From NCBI GenBank assembly GCA_043228905.1, contig JBHGNT010000022.1, positions 9,486,001 through 9,550,000 of the forward strand: a DNA stretch of 64,000 nucleotides, given 5' to 3'. This stretch comes from Azolla caroliniana. Lineage: Eukaryota > Plantae > Polypodiophyta. Positions within the stretch are counted from its first letter, which is position 1. The number at the start of each line of letters is the position of its first letter. Below are positions 12,978 to 25,082 of the stretch, piece after piece. A program made the position numbers and the translations under genes. Below the pieces are notes generated by a model. The model was not told the DNA's origin. It made no database searches and saw nothing but the letters and a program-made list of their open reading frames with translations.

Positions 12978-14105
12978 AGAAAGAAGAAAGAAAGAAAGAT
13001 ATATTAACGTCTTCTAAGGACAAATTTGGCCCATGAGACAATTGGTTTACAACAAAAATGAGTGTTTATCCAATCATCAAAACTAAAATAAAAGAAAATA
13101 GCTTAAGCTAAGAGAGTTCTACTAAGCCTAATCTCATTTCCACCCAAGTCTCTCAAAAACAAGTGGGAGGTCAAAAGTTTTTGGTGTGGGTGTGACCCAT
13201 GGTCCCGGTGTATAGAGTGCCCTAGCCATGGCTTCTAGGCGGTGTAGTTCACGTTCCCTTATTTTCTTTATTGCTTCTACATCTCGTCGAGTTGCTTTGA
13301 AACCCGGCATCCAAGGACGTTTGGTTCTTCTTTGATTTTCTGCTTCAACAAGGAAAAGCCCGAGTGGTGCAGGTGTGTCGACATTCATTGTCTCCCCCTG
13401 TTCCTGAAAAACTTCATTTGTTACATGTTGGTAAACATTAGCAACATTATTATCAACGTTTTGTAACTTATTCTCTCTGTGTTGTTTCAATTCTAAGATG
13501 TATCTACCTAATTTCTTTATATCTAGTGTATCTAATAGTTTAGGGAGGGTGGGAGAGGAACCAAGTATGTCTTGGTATTTTGCCCTTATCTCGGCATAGG
13601 TGGGGCATTTGCATGTAAAATGGTACTCATCCTCTATCTCTATGTGGCATAACCTACATATCCTTTCCTCCCTAGGGACTCCATTAGTACGTCCATTCTC
13701 AATCTCAAGTTGGTGATATGATATTCTAAGTTGACTAATGGCAACCCTTAGTGCATGTGGTAAGAATACATCTAGATATCTTGGCCGTGTAATAAAACCT
13801 AACTTAGAGAAGTGCATAAAGTGTTCCTTATAGTACAACATTTTAGATGGGAGTGGCTCTAGTGGGGTGATCCATTTATATCGAGTATAAATTTGCCATA
13901 TTTCTTGGCGTATTACTTTATTACGGTCCTCATGAGAGATTAAAGTGTTATCAGTCATGTGGTCGTACTTAAGGGGGGGGAGGTTATTAATGTCTAGACT
14001 GTTGGCAAGAAGCCAACTCACCATCATGCCATACCATGAGTTAGAGTATAACCGGACTCATATAGTGCTCGAGAAACCTTAAAGGCTTGATGGGATATTC
14101 TATCA
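12972..14105 (-). mobile_element. 5'-truncated RTEX-like LINE inserted in a (GA)n tract
   Basis: ORF2 C-terminus plus 3' UTR ending in (TTTC)n; (GA)n on both flanks. Confidence 0.75.
13134..14027 (-). CDS. RTEX-like ORF2 C-terminal CCHC zinc-finger region (5'-truncated)
   Basis: LRISYHQLEIENGR..REERICRLC..EDEYHFTCKCPTYAEIR motif. Confidence 0.75.
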   Translation of the reverse strand: MMVSWLLANSLDINNLPPLKYDHMTDNTLISHEDRNKVIRQEIWQIYTRYKWITPLEPLPSKMLYYKEHFMHFSKLGFITRPRYLDVFLPHALRVAISQLRISYHQLEIENGRTNGVPREERICRLCHIEIEDEYHFTCKCPTYAEIRAKYQDILGSSPTLPKLLDTLDIKKLGRYILELKQHRENKLQNVDNNVANVYQHVTNEVFQEQGETMNVDTPAPLGLFLVEAENQRRTKRPWMPGFKATRRDVEAIKKIRERELHRLEAMARALYTPGPWVTPTPKTFDLPLVFERLGWK

Positions 14106-14517
14106 AGAGAGAGAGAGAGAGAGATTTACCAAAAAAGAGAGAGAAAGAGAGAGTGTGTGTGGTCTAGAGAGAGAAGCCCTGTTTTGCATCTGTGAGGAGA
14201 CAGTGGTTTGAGTGTACGTCTAGACTCTAGAGAGAGAGAGAGGAGCTATGGGGTTTTTCAGTGTGAGGGAGTGTGAATATTAGATATCTAGATTTTGTAG
14301 AAAGAGGAGATCTATCAGTTCTCCTGAGAGAGAGAGAGAGGGTGTGTGTGTGTGTCAAACGTCACTTCTATTTGCAAAGAACGATGAATATCAAAAATAA
14401 AAAACCCCTAACCCCCCCCCCCCCCCCCCCAAAAAAAAGCCAAATGAATATTGTGTACATTTGCAAACGTTCGCGTACGTCCAGTAAATTGGACGTACGC
14501 GAATATTAGGAACTATG

Positions 14518-15571
14518 GTCTTCATAGAGGAGAAGACTATTGTCGACTGGAAGTAAGAGAAGAACACGCCCTCCCAAACAGTCGGAAGTCGACAGCCAAC
14601 TGAAGAACATGGAGAGTCGACTGAATTCGGGTCGACAGTCAAAGTCGGATTGAGAGTCGGGTTGACTGTCGAACAGGCAATAAGGCAGACAACCAAACAT
14701 AGAGTCGACTCTAACTTGGATGAAGAACCGACTGAAGAAGTCGAAGAGGAGCCGATTGTATCGATTGGAGAGAGAATATATCCTCTTAGAGAGAGAAAGG
14801 CCCCCTGGAGATTTCCGAATGAAGAGCATGTATTGTTGACCAACGAGGGGGAACCGGAATGCTTTGAGGAAGCCAAGAGTGACATCCATAGTCGCAAGTG
14901 GTTCAGTGCCATGCAAGACGAGATGGATTTTCTCCATGACAACCACACATATGAATTGACGGAGCTACCGAAAGGAAAGAGGGCACTCCGAAACAAGTGG
15001 GTATACAAGTTGAAACCAGGAGACACCGGAAATCCACCGAGGTACAAAGCCCGCATTGTGGTGAAGGGCTTCCAAAAGAAGAAAGGAGTGGATTTCGACG
15101 AGATATTTGCTATGGTAGTAAAGATGACATCCATCCGGACAGTGCTAAGCATAGCGGCAAGCATGGACCTCGAGGTCGAACAACTAGACGTTAAGACAAC
15201 GTTCCTGCACAGTGACCTCAAAGAAGAGATCTACATGCAGCAACTGGAAGGATTTATCAAGAAAGGGACGGAGAACCTAGTGCGCCGGTTGAAGAAGAGC
15301 TTATATGGACTGAAGTAGGCTCCCCGACAATGGTACCGGAAATTCGTCTCCTTCATGACTGACCAAGGGTACCACAAGACGCAGACCGACCACTGCGTGT
15401 TCGTGAAGAAGTTCGATGGAGGAGACTTCTTAATACTCTTGTTGTATGTTGATGACATGTTGATCATTGGACGAGACCGTATCAAAATCAGGATGCTGAA
15501 GAAGGCCTTCAACAAGTCCTTCTCAATGAAAGATATGGGTCTGGTGAGGTAGATCTTAGGGATGCACATAG
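14518..15571 (+). pseudogene. Copia A IN C-terminus and RT
   Basis: NKWVYKLK, YKARIVVKGF, QLDVKT, LYVDDML. Confidence 0.9.
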
Positions 15572-16333
15572 TGTTGGGAGACAGGTCCCTCCGGATGGGA
15601 AAGGAGAAGAACTGTACTGATGAACAAACTTGGCCGAGGCCGAAATCGTATGACGAGTACCTGGCTACGGAGAGCCGGATGGTGCAAACCCGGTGAAGAC
15701 CAGATGAGGAGTACCCGGCTACGGAGAGCCGAATGGTGTAGACCCGATGAAGACCGGATGAGGAGTACCCGGCTACGGAGAGCCGGATGGTGCAGACCCG
15801 GTGAAGACCGGATGAGGAGTACCCGGCTACGGAGAGTCGGATGGTGCAGACCCAGTGAGAAGTGCTCACCGGATGAAGAGACATATTCGTAAATATGTTT
15901 CTGAGAGTCCATCATGGCTGTATTTGTAAGTAGCCGAAAAGTCATATTAGTATAAGTATGACTTAGGGCAAACTTTTAGTTTTTTAGAGTCGTTGTCATT
16001 CTTGTTGGTGTAAGTAGAGAGAGCGCGTAACTGTGTACAGAGAGAGAGAGAGAGAGAGAAAGAGGTCGTTGCCTCTGTTGTAACTGCCGCCTGTGGTGAG
16101 GATCGTGAGCACGAGGTCGTTGCCTCCGTGAACTCACTGTTGTACATTCTAACATAGTGATAGTTTGCAACTTGTGGGCTACCGTGGTTTTTCCCTTAGT
16201 TTGGGTTTTCCACGTAAACATCCTGTGTCCTCTTCTCTCCATTGTGTCGTGCTTTTATTTCCCGTTTTCTGTGTATGATTCTAAGCTCGGTTGTGGCCGA
16301 GCGTTGCGTATAGGGAGCGTGCGGTTCCCGTCA
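15572..16333 (+). mobile_element. Copia solo LTR (related to the LTRs of A and G) inserted in Copia A RT
   Basis: TGTTGGGA..GTCA with TSD CATAG on both sides; host frame LGMHIV|RYRTKK rejoins. Confidence 0.9.
15655..15860. repeat. ~4 x 54-bp tandem repeat in solo LTR U3
   Basis: GAGTACCCGGCTACGGAGAGCCGGATGGTGCAGACCCGGTGAAGACCGGATGAG repeated. Confidence 0.9.
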
Positions 16334-17190
16334 CATAGTCCGGTATCGGACAAAGAAGCTATTGTGGTTGTCACAAGAGAAGTACGTGACAAAGGTGCTT
16401 CAAAGGTTGAGCATCACGGATGCGAAGCCAGTTGGGTCAACACTTTCGGCAAACTACAAGTTGTCCGAGAAACAAAGCTCGAAGAGAAAGGTGGAGAAAG
16501 CTGAGATGACGAATGTATCATATGTCTCAGCAATCAGAAGCCTAATGTACGCAATGATGTGTACCCGGCTAGACATCGGACATACGGTTGGAGTGGTCAG
16601 CTGGTTCATGAGCAATCCAGGAAGAGAGAATTGGGCCGCCATCAAGTGGATCCTCCGATACCTAAAAGGCACCTCGAGCATGTGCCTTCGATTTGGCTGC
16701 ATTAGGTAAACCTCTATTGGATGGCTTTACTAATTCAGACATGTCGGCTGATGTAGATACCAGCCGGTCCACGTCCAGATATGTCATGACCTATGCAGGG
16801 GGAGTCGTATCGTGGCAGTTGAGGCTACAGAAATCGGCCATGCTGTCGACAATGGAAGCGGAGTACATGGAGGCCATAGAAGCCGGCAAAGAAGTAATCT
16901 GGATGAAGGACTTCATCGGAGAGCTGGGAATTCAACATGAGGAATTCCGACTCTACTGCGACAGTCAAAGCACCATCCATCTTGCAAAGAACGCAACCTA
17001 CCACTCCAGGACCAAGCACATCTAGAGGAGATATCACTAGCTCTAGGAGAAGGTAGAAGACAAAGACTTTTCCCTGACGAAGATCCACATGGAGGAGAAC
17101 GGGTCGGACATGCTGACCAAGGTGTTGTCGGCTAAGAAGTTGGACGTGTGTCGGGGATAGATAAGATTGACAAGACATCCCATGCCGGAG
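16334..17190 (+). pseudogene. Copia A RT C-terminus and RNase H
   Basis: SLMYAMMCTR, WILRYLKGT, EAEYM, HSRTKHI. Confidence 0.9.
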
Positions 17191-17203
17191 AGAAGGGGGA
17201 GTT

Positions 17204-17350
17204 TGTTGGGAAATTAGTCCCTCCGGATGGGAACCGAAAGAGCCGGTGGAAGAAACCAGACCGGATGGATTCAGAAGGTTTTCAGCCAGATCTCGTGTGA
17301 ACTAGTAGTAGGGAAATACTAGTAAATATGTTCCAATGCGCCTGTTGTGG
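17204..17350 (+). repeat. Copia A 3' LTR, first part
   Basis: Matches 4058-~4204; ends at TSD TGTGG of Copia C. Confidence 0.9.
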
Positions 17351-17699
17351 TGTAACAGAATGGGAGGCAAGAGTGATTGCAATGCAGCAGAAGATGATTG
17401 AGAGTGTGTGTGTGTGAGAGGCAACAGACGGAGAGAGAGAGAGAGCTCTTAGGGCAGAGATAGAAAAACTGTATATTAACCAAAAATACATCAAACATAA
17501 AACATCCAACCATAACTAAGTTACAATGCGTTGGTTTATATACCAACTAAGCTAGGGCAAGTGCCCTTTCTACTATTTACAAAACTAGCCCAACATGTCC
17601 ATGAGCTAGTGTGAAACCTATCGATGGGGAGTTGAGTTCGACTCTCAACACGCCCCTTCGAACACAACTTCTATTTGTCGAAAAGGTTGTTCGGTTCGT

Positions 17700-20321
17700 A
17701 CTTCGACTTGTCTAGTCGGTTGTGTTGTGTACTGGCGTATGTGTTGCATATCGTTGCGTATTGCTTCCATGTTGCTTGTACATGTACTCCCCCTCAAGTT
17801 CGGCAATGTAGATGTCGTGAGACCAAGGTCCGATGCAAATTGCCCGAGCTTGTCGACTCCTAAGGCCTTCATAAATATATCAACAACTTGGAGGTGCATA
17901 CTGGTATGTTGTAGATCGATCTCGCCGGCTTGTACGCGCTCGCGGATGAAGTGGTAATGCACTTCGATATGTTTAGTCCACGCATGAAATACAGGGTTCC
18001 ACGCTAGGTAGATATTGCTCATGTTGTCGTAGTAGAGACGAATTGGATCCTTGATGTGAACGTCCAGATCCTTTAGTATGCGTTTAAGACATACAGCTTC
18101 GCATACGGCGATTGTTGGCTTCCGTGCTTGACAATGTGACTATCGACTGTTTCTTGCTGCTCCAAGAGATTGCTCCGATGCAGAGGGAGAAGACAAATCC
18201 GGAGGTGGATCGTCTATCCGCTTTATAGCCTGCCCAGTCCGTGTCGGTGTACCCTTCGAGTCGAATAGTCGTGTTCAACTTATCCATGATGTCGTAAGCC
18301 ATTGTCGTACTGACATACTGTAGTATCCTCTTAGCACAATCAAGATGAAGGTTTCACGGATTCTGCATGAATTGGCTAAGTAGGCCAACCGAAAAACTGA
18401 GGTCGGGTCGTGTAATGGTTAGATAGATCAAACTACCGATCAGTTGTCGATACTAAGTCGGCTTGCTCTCAGCGGTTCCGGAATTGGCATCAATCTTTAG
18501 GTTACAATCAAGAGGGGTAGGCACAGGCTTGATCTTGGTCATAATTGAGGACGTAGTGCCGTTGTGAGATCATTATCCCGACTGGTGTCCGAATTACTTC
18601 AATGCCTAGGAAGTAATGGAGTTCTTGCAGGTCTTTCATTTCGAATCTGCTGGAGAGAAGTGTTTTGACTTTGTTGATCTTGGCGAGATCCTTTCCTCTG
18701 ATGACCAAGTCATCCACGTATAGGATGATGATGATCGGGCTATCCGGCTCATTTCAGATGTACAGAGAAGTATCGGATTTTGACATCCGAAATCCGACTT
18801 GATGAAGATATTGCGTGATCTTCGAATGCCAAGCACGCGGTGCTTGTTTGAGGCCATAGAGTGGCTTCTTGAGTCGGCATATGGCGTGCAGATGTTTACG
18901 TGATTCGAATCCGGGTGGTTGTATCATGTACACCTCTTCTTCTAACTCTCCTTGGAGGAAAGCATTTTTCACGTCCATCTGGTGGAGGTGCCATCCCTTC
19001 ACTGTGGCGAGTGCAATTATTGTTCGTATAGTTGTCATCTTTACCACTGGGGCAAAGGTTTCTTTGTAGTCTATGCCGTGCATTTGCGCGCAGCCTTTCG
19101 CAACGAGCCGTGCTTTGAAGCGATTTACGGATCCGTCGGCATTGTATTTTACTTTGTATATCCATTTGCAGCCAATCACTTTCTTGTTCGGGGGGAGAGG
19201 AACGAGATCCCATGTCTCATTTTTGCATAAAGCTTCCATCTCCTCATTCATCCCATCGACCCATCATGGATCCTTTGCGGCTTCGGAAAGCGTTTCCGGT
19301 TCCCGTATTGATGCTACTTTCATCATAAAAGCGTAGTGATACGCCATGTACTCGTCGTAGTCGTAGCGGTTTACGGGGTTCTTTTCATGCGTGGATTGGC
19401 GTAGCTCTCGATCCGTGGGGAGTATAGCTTTCTTCGCTCCATCTATGTGGATGTCGAGATCTTCAAATTCACTGTCAAGAGAGTGAAGCATCGCGGTCTC
19501 TTCCTGATCTTCATATTCCCGCATTTTCGCCTTCCCTTTGTCCAGCTTCGGACTCGGCCGAGATGTGCTTTCATCGCTCAACGACTCTGATGGCCCACTC
19601 AGTCGTGTCATAATTGGGTTGTCTTCTAACATCTGTGTGAGCTGATCCTCAACTTCTATTTCTATTTCAGTGTCATCCACATTGAGCGGGGTTGGAATCG
19701 AAGTATTCTTTGGTGTGTACCAGGATGCGTATTCGTCGAAGACTACATCTCAACTTGTTCGAACCTTACGGGTAGATGGGTTGTAGCATTTGTACCCCTT
19801 CTATTCGAGTGAGTATCCTACGAGGATACATTTCTCCGACTTATGGGTCAAGCTTTTGCCGCGTATCGTCGGGAATATGTACGTAGGCGATAGAACCGAA
19901 AATGCGACTTCAATATGATTTCAACAGGTTCTTCTCGTTCATCATGGCTTGTGCGACTTCTACTACATGGCAATTTTTACGCTCTGCTATGCCATTTTGC
20001 TGAGGCATGTGTCGACACGAGAACTCTCATCGGATTCCTTCTTTTCGAACATACGCCGTAAATTCATCCGAAAAATATTCTTTGCCTCCATCTGATCGAA
20101 GACAACGTACATGCCGACCCGTAGTTTTTTTGACTTCGGCTTTGAATGTCTGGAAGTGCCTGAACACTTCACTCTTTTGCTTCATCGGATAGATCCAGGT
20201 GTTCCTGGAGAAGTCGTCGATGAACGTGACATAGTATCGGCATCCGCCGAATGTTGCTGTCTGGATTGGTCCCCACACATCTGAATGTACAACATCCAGG
20301 ATTCCTTTGCTCACATTCTGC
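17700..20321 (-). pseudogene. Copia C IN-RT-RH
   Basis: VHSDVWGP..FIDD..SDGGKEY, KARLVAKG, MDVKNAFL, YTDTDWAG, TKHIEVHYHF. Confidence 0.9.
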
Positions 20322-20749
20322 TGTCGCGAAAATACGACGAGGATACGTGAACTTTGAGGCAGGACCCCGGGGCCTCCGACCGGAAGATATTAGATTCGTA
20401 TGATTATATTAAACAATTAATACAAAATGATAAAGATTCACAAATTTCATTAATAATGGAAAAGAAAGATTACAATCAATCTCAAGATTGAGATTACAAA
20501 AGTTTTATCTTAAGGAGATTGCTAGAATAATAGATTAGAAGAAACTAAGATATGGATTCCATAGAGATTTAGGGTTCTTGGCTTTCATAAGAGATTTTGG
20601 TTATATGAGTATTATGGCTTCCGTAGGGAAGATTAACGTTTTTGAGTGTTATGGCTTCCGTAGGGAAGATTAGGGTTTATGAGAGATATGGCTTTCCTAA
20701 GATAAGGGAGTTGAGAAGGAAAAGAAAAAGAAATATATCATATGGAGAG

Positions 20750-22480
20750 AGCCTTCGTAGTCCTCTTCTATGAAAGTAGTCAACACCTGAGCGTAGGAAC
20801 TTGCAAAGAAATCCAAGCCAACATCATCTTCATCAGAATGTCGATCTTCTTCTCCGTCGTATCTCGCTCGTGATAGCATGTCTGCAACGACATTACGCTT
20901 CCCAACTACATGACGGATCTCCGAGTTGAGTGATTTGATATATGCAATCCAACGCAACATGGCAATATCCGGTGTATTACAACCAGATATCATACCCAAA
21001 ATTGGTAGGCAATCTGTCTCAATTATGACTTCTGCTCCAATAAGGTAATCACGATCAGATTTGATTGCCGAGACGATCCCCCATAGCTCCCTCTTCACTT
21101 GGGCATACCTTCTTTGCCTGTCACTTAACACTTTCGCGCCAAACCGAATTGCATATCGGTTGCAATCTTCATCTTCTTGGTTGATAACCCATCCAATTCT
21201 GATTGGACTAGTATCCACAGTCACGAAAATGGGCTTGCCGTATGAATAGTCCACTTTCCGTAATGCAGGTGCCTCCATCAATAATTTCTTCAGCCTTCGG
21301 ATGGCGATTGTATGCTCGCTCATCCATTTGAACATCCGCTTCTTCTTTAGTAGACCATATAATGGCTCAGGAATGTGGGCGTAGTGTGGAATCCAAATAT
21401 GATAAAACGCGCATGCTCCAAGGAATCTTCGAACCTCCGTTTGGGTTACACATTCTTCTTTCATGTCTTGGATTGCATTCACCTTGGATGGCGAAGGCTT
21501 CCGACCGTATGCTCCACACAAGTGACCTACCACTAGGATCTCCGGTTGCCCGAATGCGGATTTTTCTCCCGAAAATGTCAAATTCGCATCTTCGAGCCTT
21601 TGGAGCACCTTCTCGCAATCTTTCATATGATCCATGACGAACTTTCTACATCCATCCTTATCTTTTGATTCATCCTTCTCTTCATCCGAACATCCTTTTA
21701 TCCGAATATCATCTAAGAATGGCATCGTGATATCCGGGATGCAATCCTTCTAGACCTTGTTCATGGCATTCACCATATGAGCCACCGAGTTCGTTGCGCC
21801 TTGAGGTAAGGTACACATCCACACCAACCCAATTGGAGTTCTCATGGTTGTAATGTCACGACTGTCGACCGCCAACTGGAATTGATCGTAGCCAGAGTAG
21901 AGATCGCCGATGGAGTAGATGGACCGGCCCGCAAACGCCTCGGCAAATTCATCCACACTCGGACTGATTCTAGCATTCCGAATTGTCACCTTGTTGACGG
22001 GTTGAAGATCTTGAATGAATCGCAACGATCCATTCTTCTTTGGCACTGTGAACCACCTATTAGAATAAGGAGCATTCGACGGTTCTAGAATTCCCATCCT
22101 CACCTTCTCCTTTAAGAGCTCGATCACCTTCGGCAGGTGTGCTCTCGGAACCGGTATCGGTTTCAAATTCCAAGGCACATGCAGCACCATGAAGATCACC
22201 ATCGGTTCTACCATCCTTGGATTAGCACACCTGATTTCTTGTGGGAAAAACGCGAAAGCCTTCCCATGTCTTTCAAGCATTCCACGAAACATCCGCTCCT
22301 CTTCAGGGAGGAGGAAATCCTCCCTTCCAACTCGTAGCTTTCCCTTCGTCTCTTCAGTGAAGACGTGACCGATTGTATTTGGGTTCCTTAAGCTTGGATC
22401 TTTTGCAACTTCCTTCATCTTTTGCTAACTATCTTCCGGTAGCGGAACTGCAACTGACTTGATCTTCCTATCCACGGTTT
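20750..22480 (-). pseudogene. Gypsy D RT-RNase H
   Basis: WFTVPKKNGSLRFIQDL, DLYSGYDQ, LPQGATNS, FLDD, TVDTSP, ETDC, NVVADMLSR. Confidence 0.9.
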
Positions 22481-22847
22481 TATATTTTGTGTTGACTTCA
22501 GCTTCCTCTATCAAGATGCCTCGATGATATTCATCGATGATAGTACACATGTTGATGGTGAGGATAGCTCAAATCCACGACTTCCTCGATTTCGCCGATG
22601 GTGTCGTTAAATGAGGCTTCCTCCAGAATATATGACACGAATTCTTCTTCTTCGATTATGCTTTCTTCTTTCAGCACCTCCTCGAAGTCTTGTATCTGAC
22701 ACTTTTCCTTCTTGTTGAGTAGTCTAAGTTTGCATGCGCCGCCAGGTGTGACACATGTTGCTTCTCCTTGCAATCCACGCACTTTGCTTCCTTGTGGGGA
22801 CTTATGATTGCTCGGACTATTTGTGCCCCATGCTTCAATAGTCTGCT

Positions 22848-25028
22848 TTAAAAATCCGAGGATTCGCCTCTAAGGCTATCTCGGTTCCTTTCATGATTAG
22901 CTCGCACCATCAGGAATTGAACAGATCTTTTACTATCAAGACTCTTGACGCGCGCGAAGGCTGCTCCATTATCGAACACCTTGGTCTCCATCCGGGACGA
23001 TGTTATATATGGTTGTCCTAGGATGACGGGATGTGAAGACGAGTCTTGCATGAAGAAGTGTTGATCAATCTCTACATCCCCGATTGTGACTTTAATGTTG
23101 GGGCAAGCTCCGTACAAGTCCTCCGTAGCCTTCGTCGCCGCTCGAATCTTCCATCCGTGGTTTGTATTAATCAGCCATCTTCCTTTCTTGTAGAACTCGG
23201 TCGACATGAGGTTGATCTCTGAGCCATGGTCAATCAAAGCGACCACGGTCTCTTTCTTCTCCCCGATCTTCACCGGCGTCTCCGTTGTCGCTCTTGCCCA
23301 ATGAGGCCGCGAGTAATGGCTATCCGCCACCACTTCTTCTTCTTCCTCCTCTTCCGATCTTGCCATGGTTATGGCACTTGTTTTCACCTCCTCTTCATCA
23401 GATTGTTGCCGCTTCCTTTTAATAAGGTCCACGATAGTATCATGGAACTCCTTCGCGATCCCAAGTAGCTCTCTCAAGGTAAGGTCGACATGACTATCTA
23501 AAACCTTCTCCTCAAGGACCTTCCGCAAGTTAGTTGTTTGTTCTATGTCCGACCTTAGCTTGTAAGTCGGTGCTGCTCGTTCTTTTCCTTTCTTCGTTGA
23601 TTCTTCGACTTCCATCCTAGCAGGTTGGCTCGATCCACCGGGCTTCATGTTTGTTTCAGCAATCTCTTTTCTTGGGATAGGCTGGGGTGGCCCTTCTTTC
23701 CCTCCGTTCCTCGTATTAGGTCGCTTTGATGTGCCATCTTCTTCACCGGTTCTCTTTCTCTTCTCTTCAACAAGGGCTTCATAGGTGTCCCACACAACCT
23801 CCGCAAAGCTTGTGTTTTCGTCGATTGGATCTGACCATCCGGTAGCTCGTCGCACGTTTCGGTCAGCAAGTTTTAGATCCTCCAAATTGATTTTGCCTTT
23901 TTCTTCGCACTCGAAGCCTGTTGGCCAAAACCCAGCTCCTGGCTTGATCATTTTAAGATTCTCTTTTCCAACTCGTATCCCAGCCGAAGCGGCATAGTGC
24001 ATAGCCTCCACATGCCTTGCATCTTCTTCTTCTACAATCTTTTTCAGCCCACGTCTTCCAAAGTTCACTCGTAGTGGCTTCCGGGTCTCGCTCGAGTGAA
24101 TCATGTTGCCATCCAAATAGACGACATTCTTGCGGATCGCATCTTGCAAGTCAGCACATTCCCTTCGTGAGTGTTCAAAGCTATCACACCACACACATCT
24201 ATACGCTTCTTTTCCCTTGGGCCCGCCTCGACCTAAGTTGGCTAGCAATACCGCTTCAAACTTCTTGGAGAGCTCTTCGATTATAGACTCCTCCATTGCT
24301 TTCTTATCGAAATTGTTGAACGGCTTGTTAGACTCCATCGTAAGAGGTGCCTTCCTCCTCCACGATTGTGGATTCTCCATATCAGTTTCCTCTTGCCGTT
24401 GTAGACGCTTATCAAGACGGCTACAAGCTTTCTTCACTACCGCCCAGTCCGCTACCAAGCCACTTGGTTGTGTTTCATCCTCCAAAAAGTTACCCAATTC
24501 ATGCCGATCTTTCACATCCACTGCCTTTAGGAATAGTAGGACTTTATCTCCATCAAGAACTCGTTGATCAACACTCGGAAGTCGGTTATACTTCTGGTCG
24601 AATTCGGCATATACTCCAGATGCACACATATTCTTTCCTTTCTTCTCAATCCCAGACATTAGCGTATGTTGAGTCATCCGTGATGTGTCTTCAAGCATGT
24701 ATTCAGCGAGAAGCGCCTTTTCAAACTCCGCCCAAGTTGCATGCTCGTTTTGAATCTCCATGACGCGCTCGCGGATCCCTGGTTCCACCACACGTTTGAA
24801 GCCAGAAATTTGTTTGAGATCATTGACATCCCTTTGTTGCATCTCGTTCCGATAGGTAGCAAGAAAATCTGTGATGTTCTTGCCACCAAATCGTCCGGCT
24901 ATCTCAACCGTACGATCAACAGCTTTGTCGATTAGAGCTTCTCGATCTCTCACCTTCAACATGTATTCCACTACGGACACCATACCTTTCGTTAATTCCT
25001 CTCCTTGAGTTCCACTTGTGGAAGCCAT
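22848..25028 (-). CDS. Gypsy D gag-protease (726 aa, open)
   Basis: CVWCDSFEHSRREC knuckle; ALIDHGSEINLM and VILGQP aspartic protease motifs. Confidence 0.88.
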   Translation of the reverse strand: MASTSGTQGEELTKGMVSVVEYMLKVRDREALIDKAVDRTVEIAGRFGGKNITDFLATYRNEMQQRDVNDLKQISGFKRVVEPGIRERVMEIQNEHATWAEFEKALLAEYMLEDTSRMTQHTLMSGIEKKGKNMCASGVYAEFDQKYNRLPSVDQRVLDGDKVLLFLKAVDVKDRHELGNFLEDETQPSGLVADWAVVKKACSRLDKRLQRQEETDMENPQSWRRKAPLTMESNKPFNNFDKKAMEESIIEELSKKFEAVLLANLGRGGPKGKEAYRCVWCDSFEHSRRECADLQDAIRKNVVYLDGNMIHSSETRKPLRVNFGRRGLKKIVEEEDARHVEAMHYAASAGIRVGKENLKMIKPGAGFWPTGFECEEKGKINLEDLKLADRNVRRATGWSDPIDENTSFAEVVWDTYEALVEEKRKRTGEEDGTSKRPNTRNGGKEGPPQPIPRKEIAETNMKPGGSSQPARMEVEESTKKGKERAAPTYKLRSDIEQTTNLRKVLEEKVLDSHVDLTLRELLGIAKEFHDTIVDLIKRKRQQSDEEEVKTSAITMARSEEEEEEEVVADSHYSRPHWARATTETPVKIGEKKETVVALIDHGSEINLMSTEFYKKGRWLINTNHGWKIRAATKATEDLYGACPNIKVTIGDVEIDQHFFMQDSSSHPVILGQPYITSSRMETKVFDNGAAFARVKSLDSKRSVQFLMVRANHERNRDSLRGESSDF

Positions 25029-25060
25029 CGTTGCACTTGATATCCTCTCTACCGCCTCGT

Positions 25061-25078
25061 TTCACGTCGGGTTCACCA
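25061..25078 (-). promoter_or_regulatory. PBS complementary to tRNA-Trp (Gypsy D)
   Basis: TGGTGAACCCGACGTGAA matches the plant tRNA-Trp 3' end ..TTCACGTCGGGTTCACCA as recalled. Confidence 0.85.
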
Positions 25079-25082
25079 AAGA

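Larger units (their letters stand above)
12801..14517. mobile_element. hAT-like MITE 2 (~580 bp once the LINE is removed)
   Basis: TIR CATAGTTC / GAACTATG; perfect 8-bp TSD GTCTTCAT; interrupts Copia A integrase. Confidence 0.88.

Noticed and set aside
14412-14438. Poly-C/poly-A run
   Set aside because: Simple homopolymers inside MITE 2; no further structure
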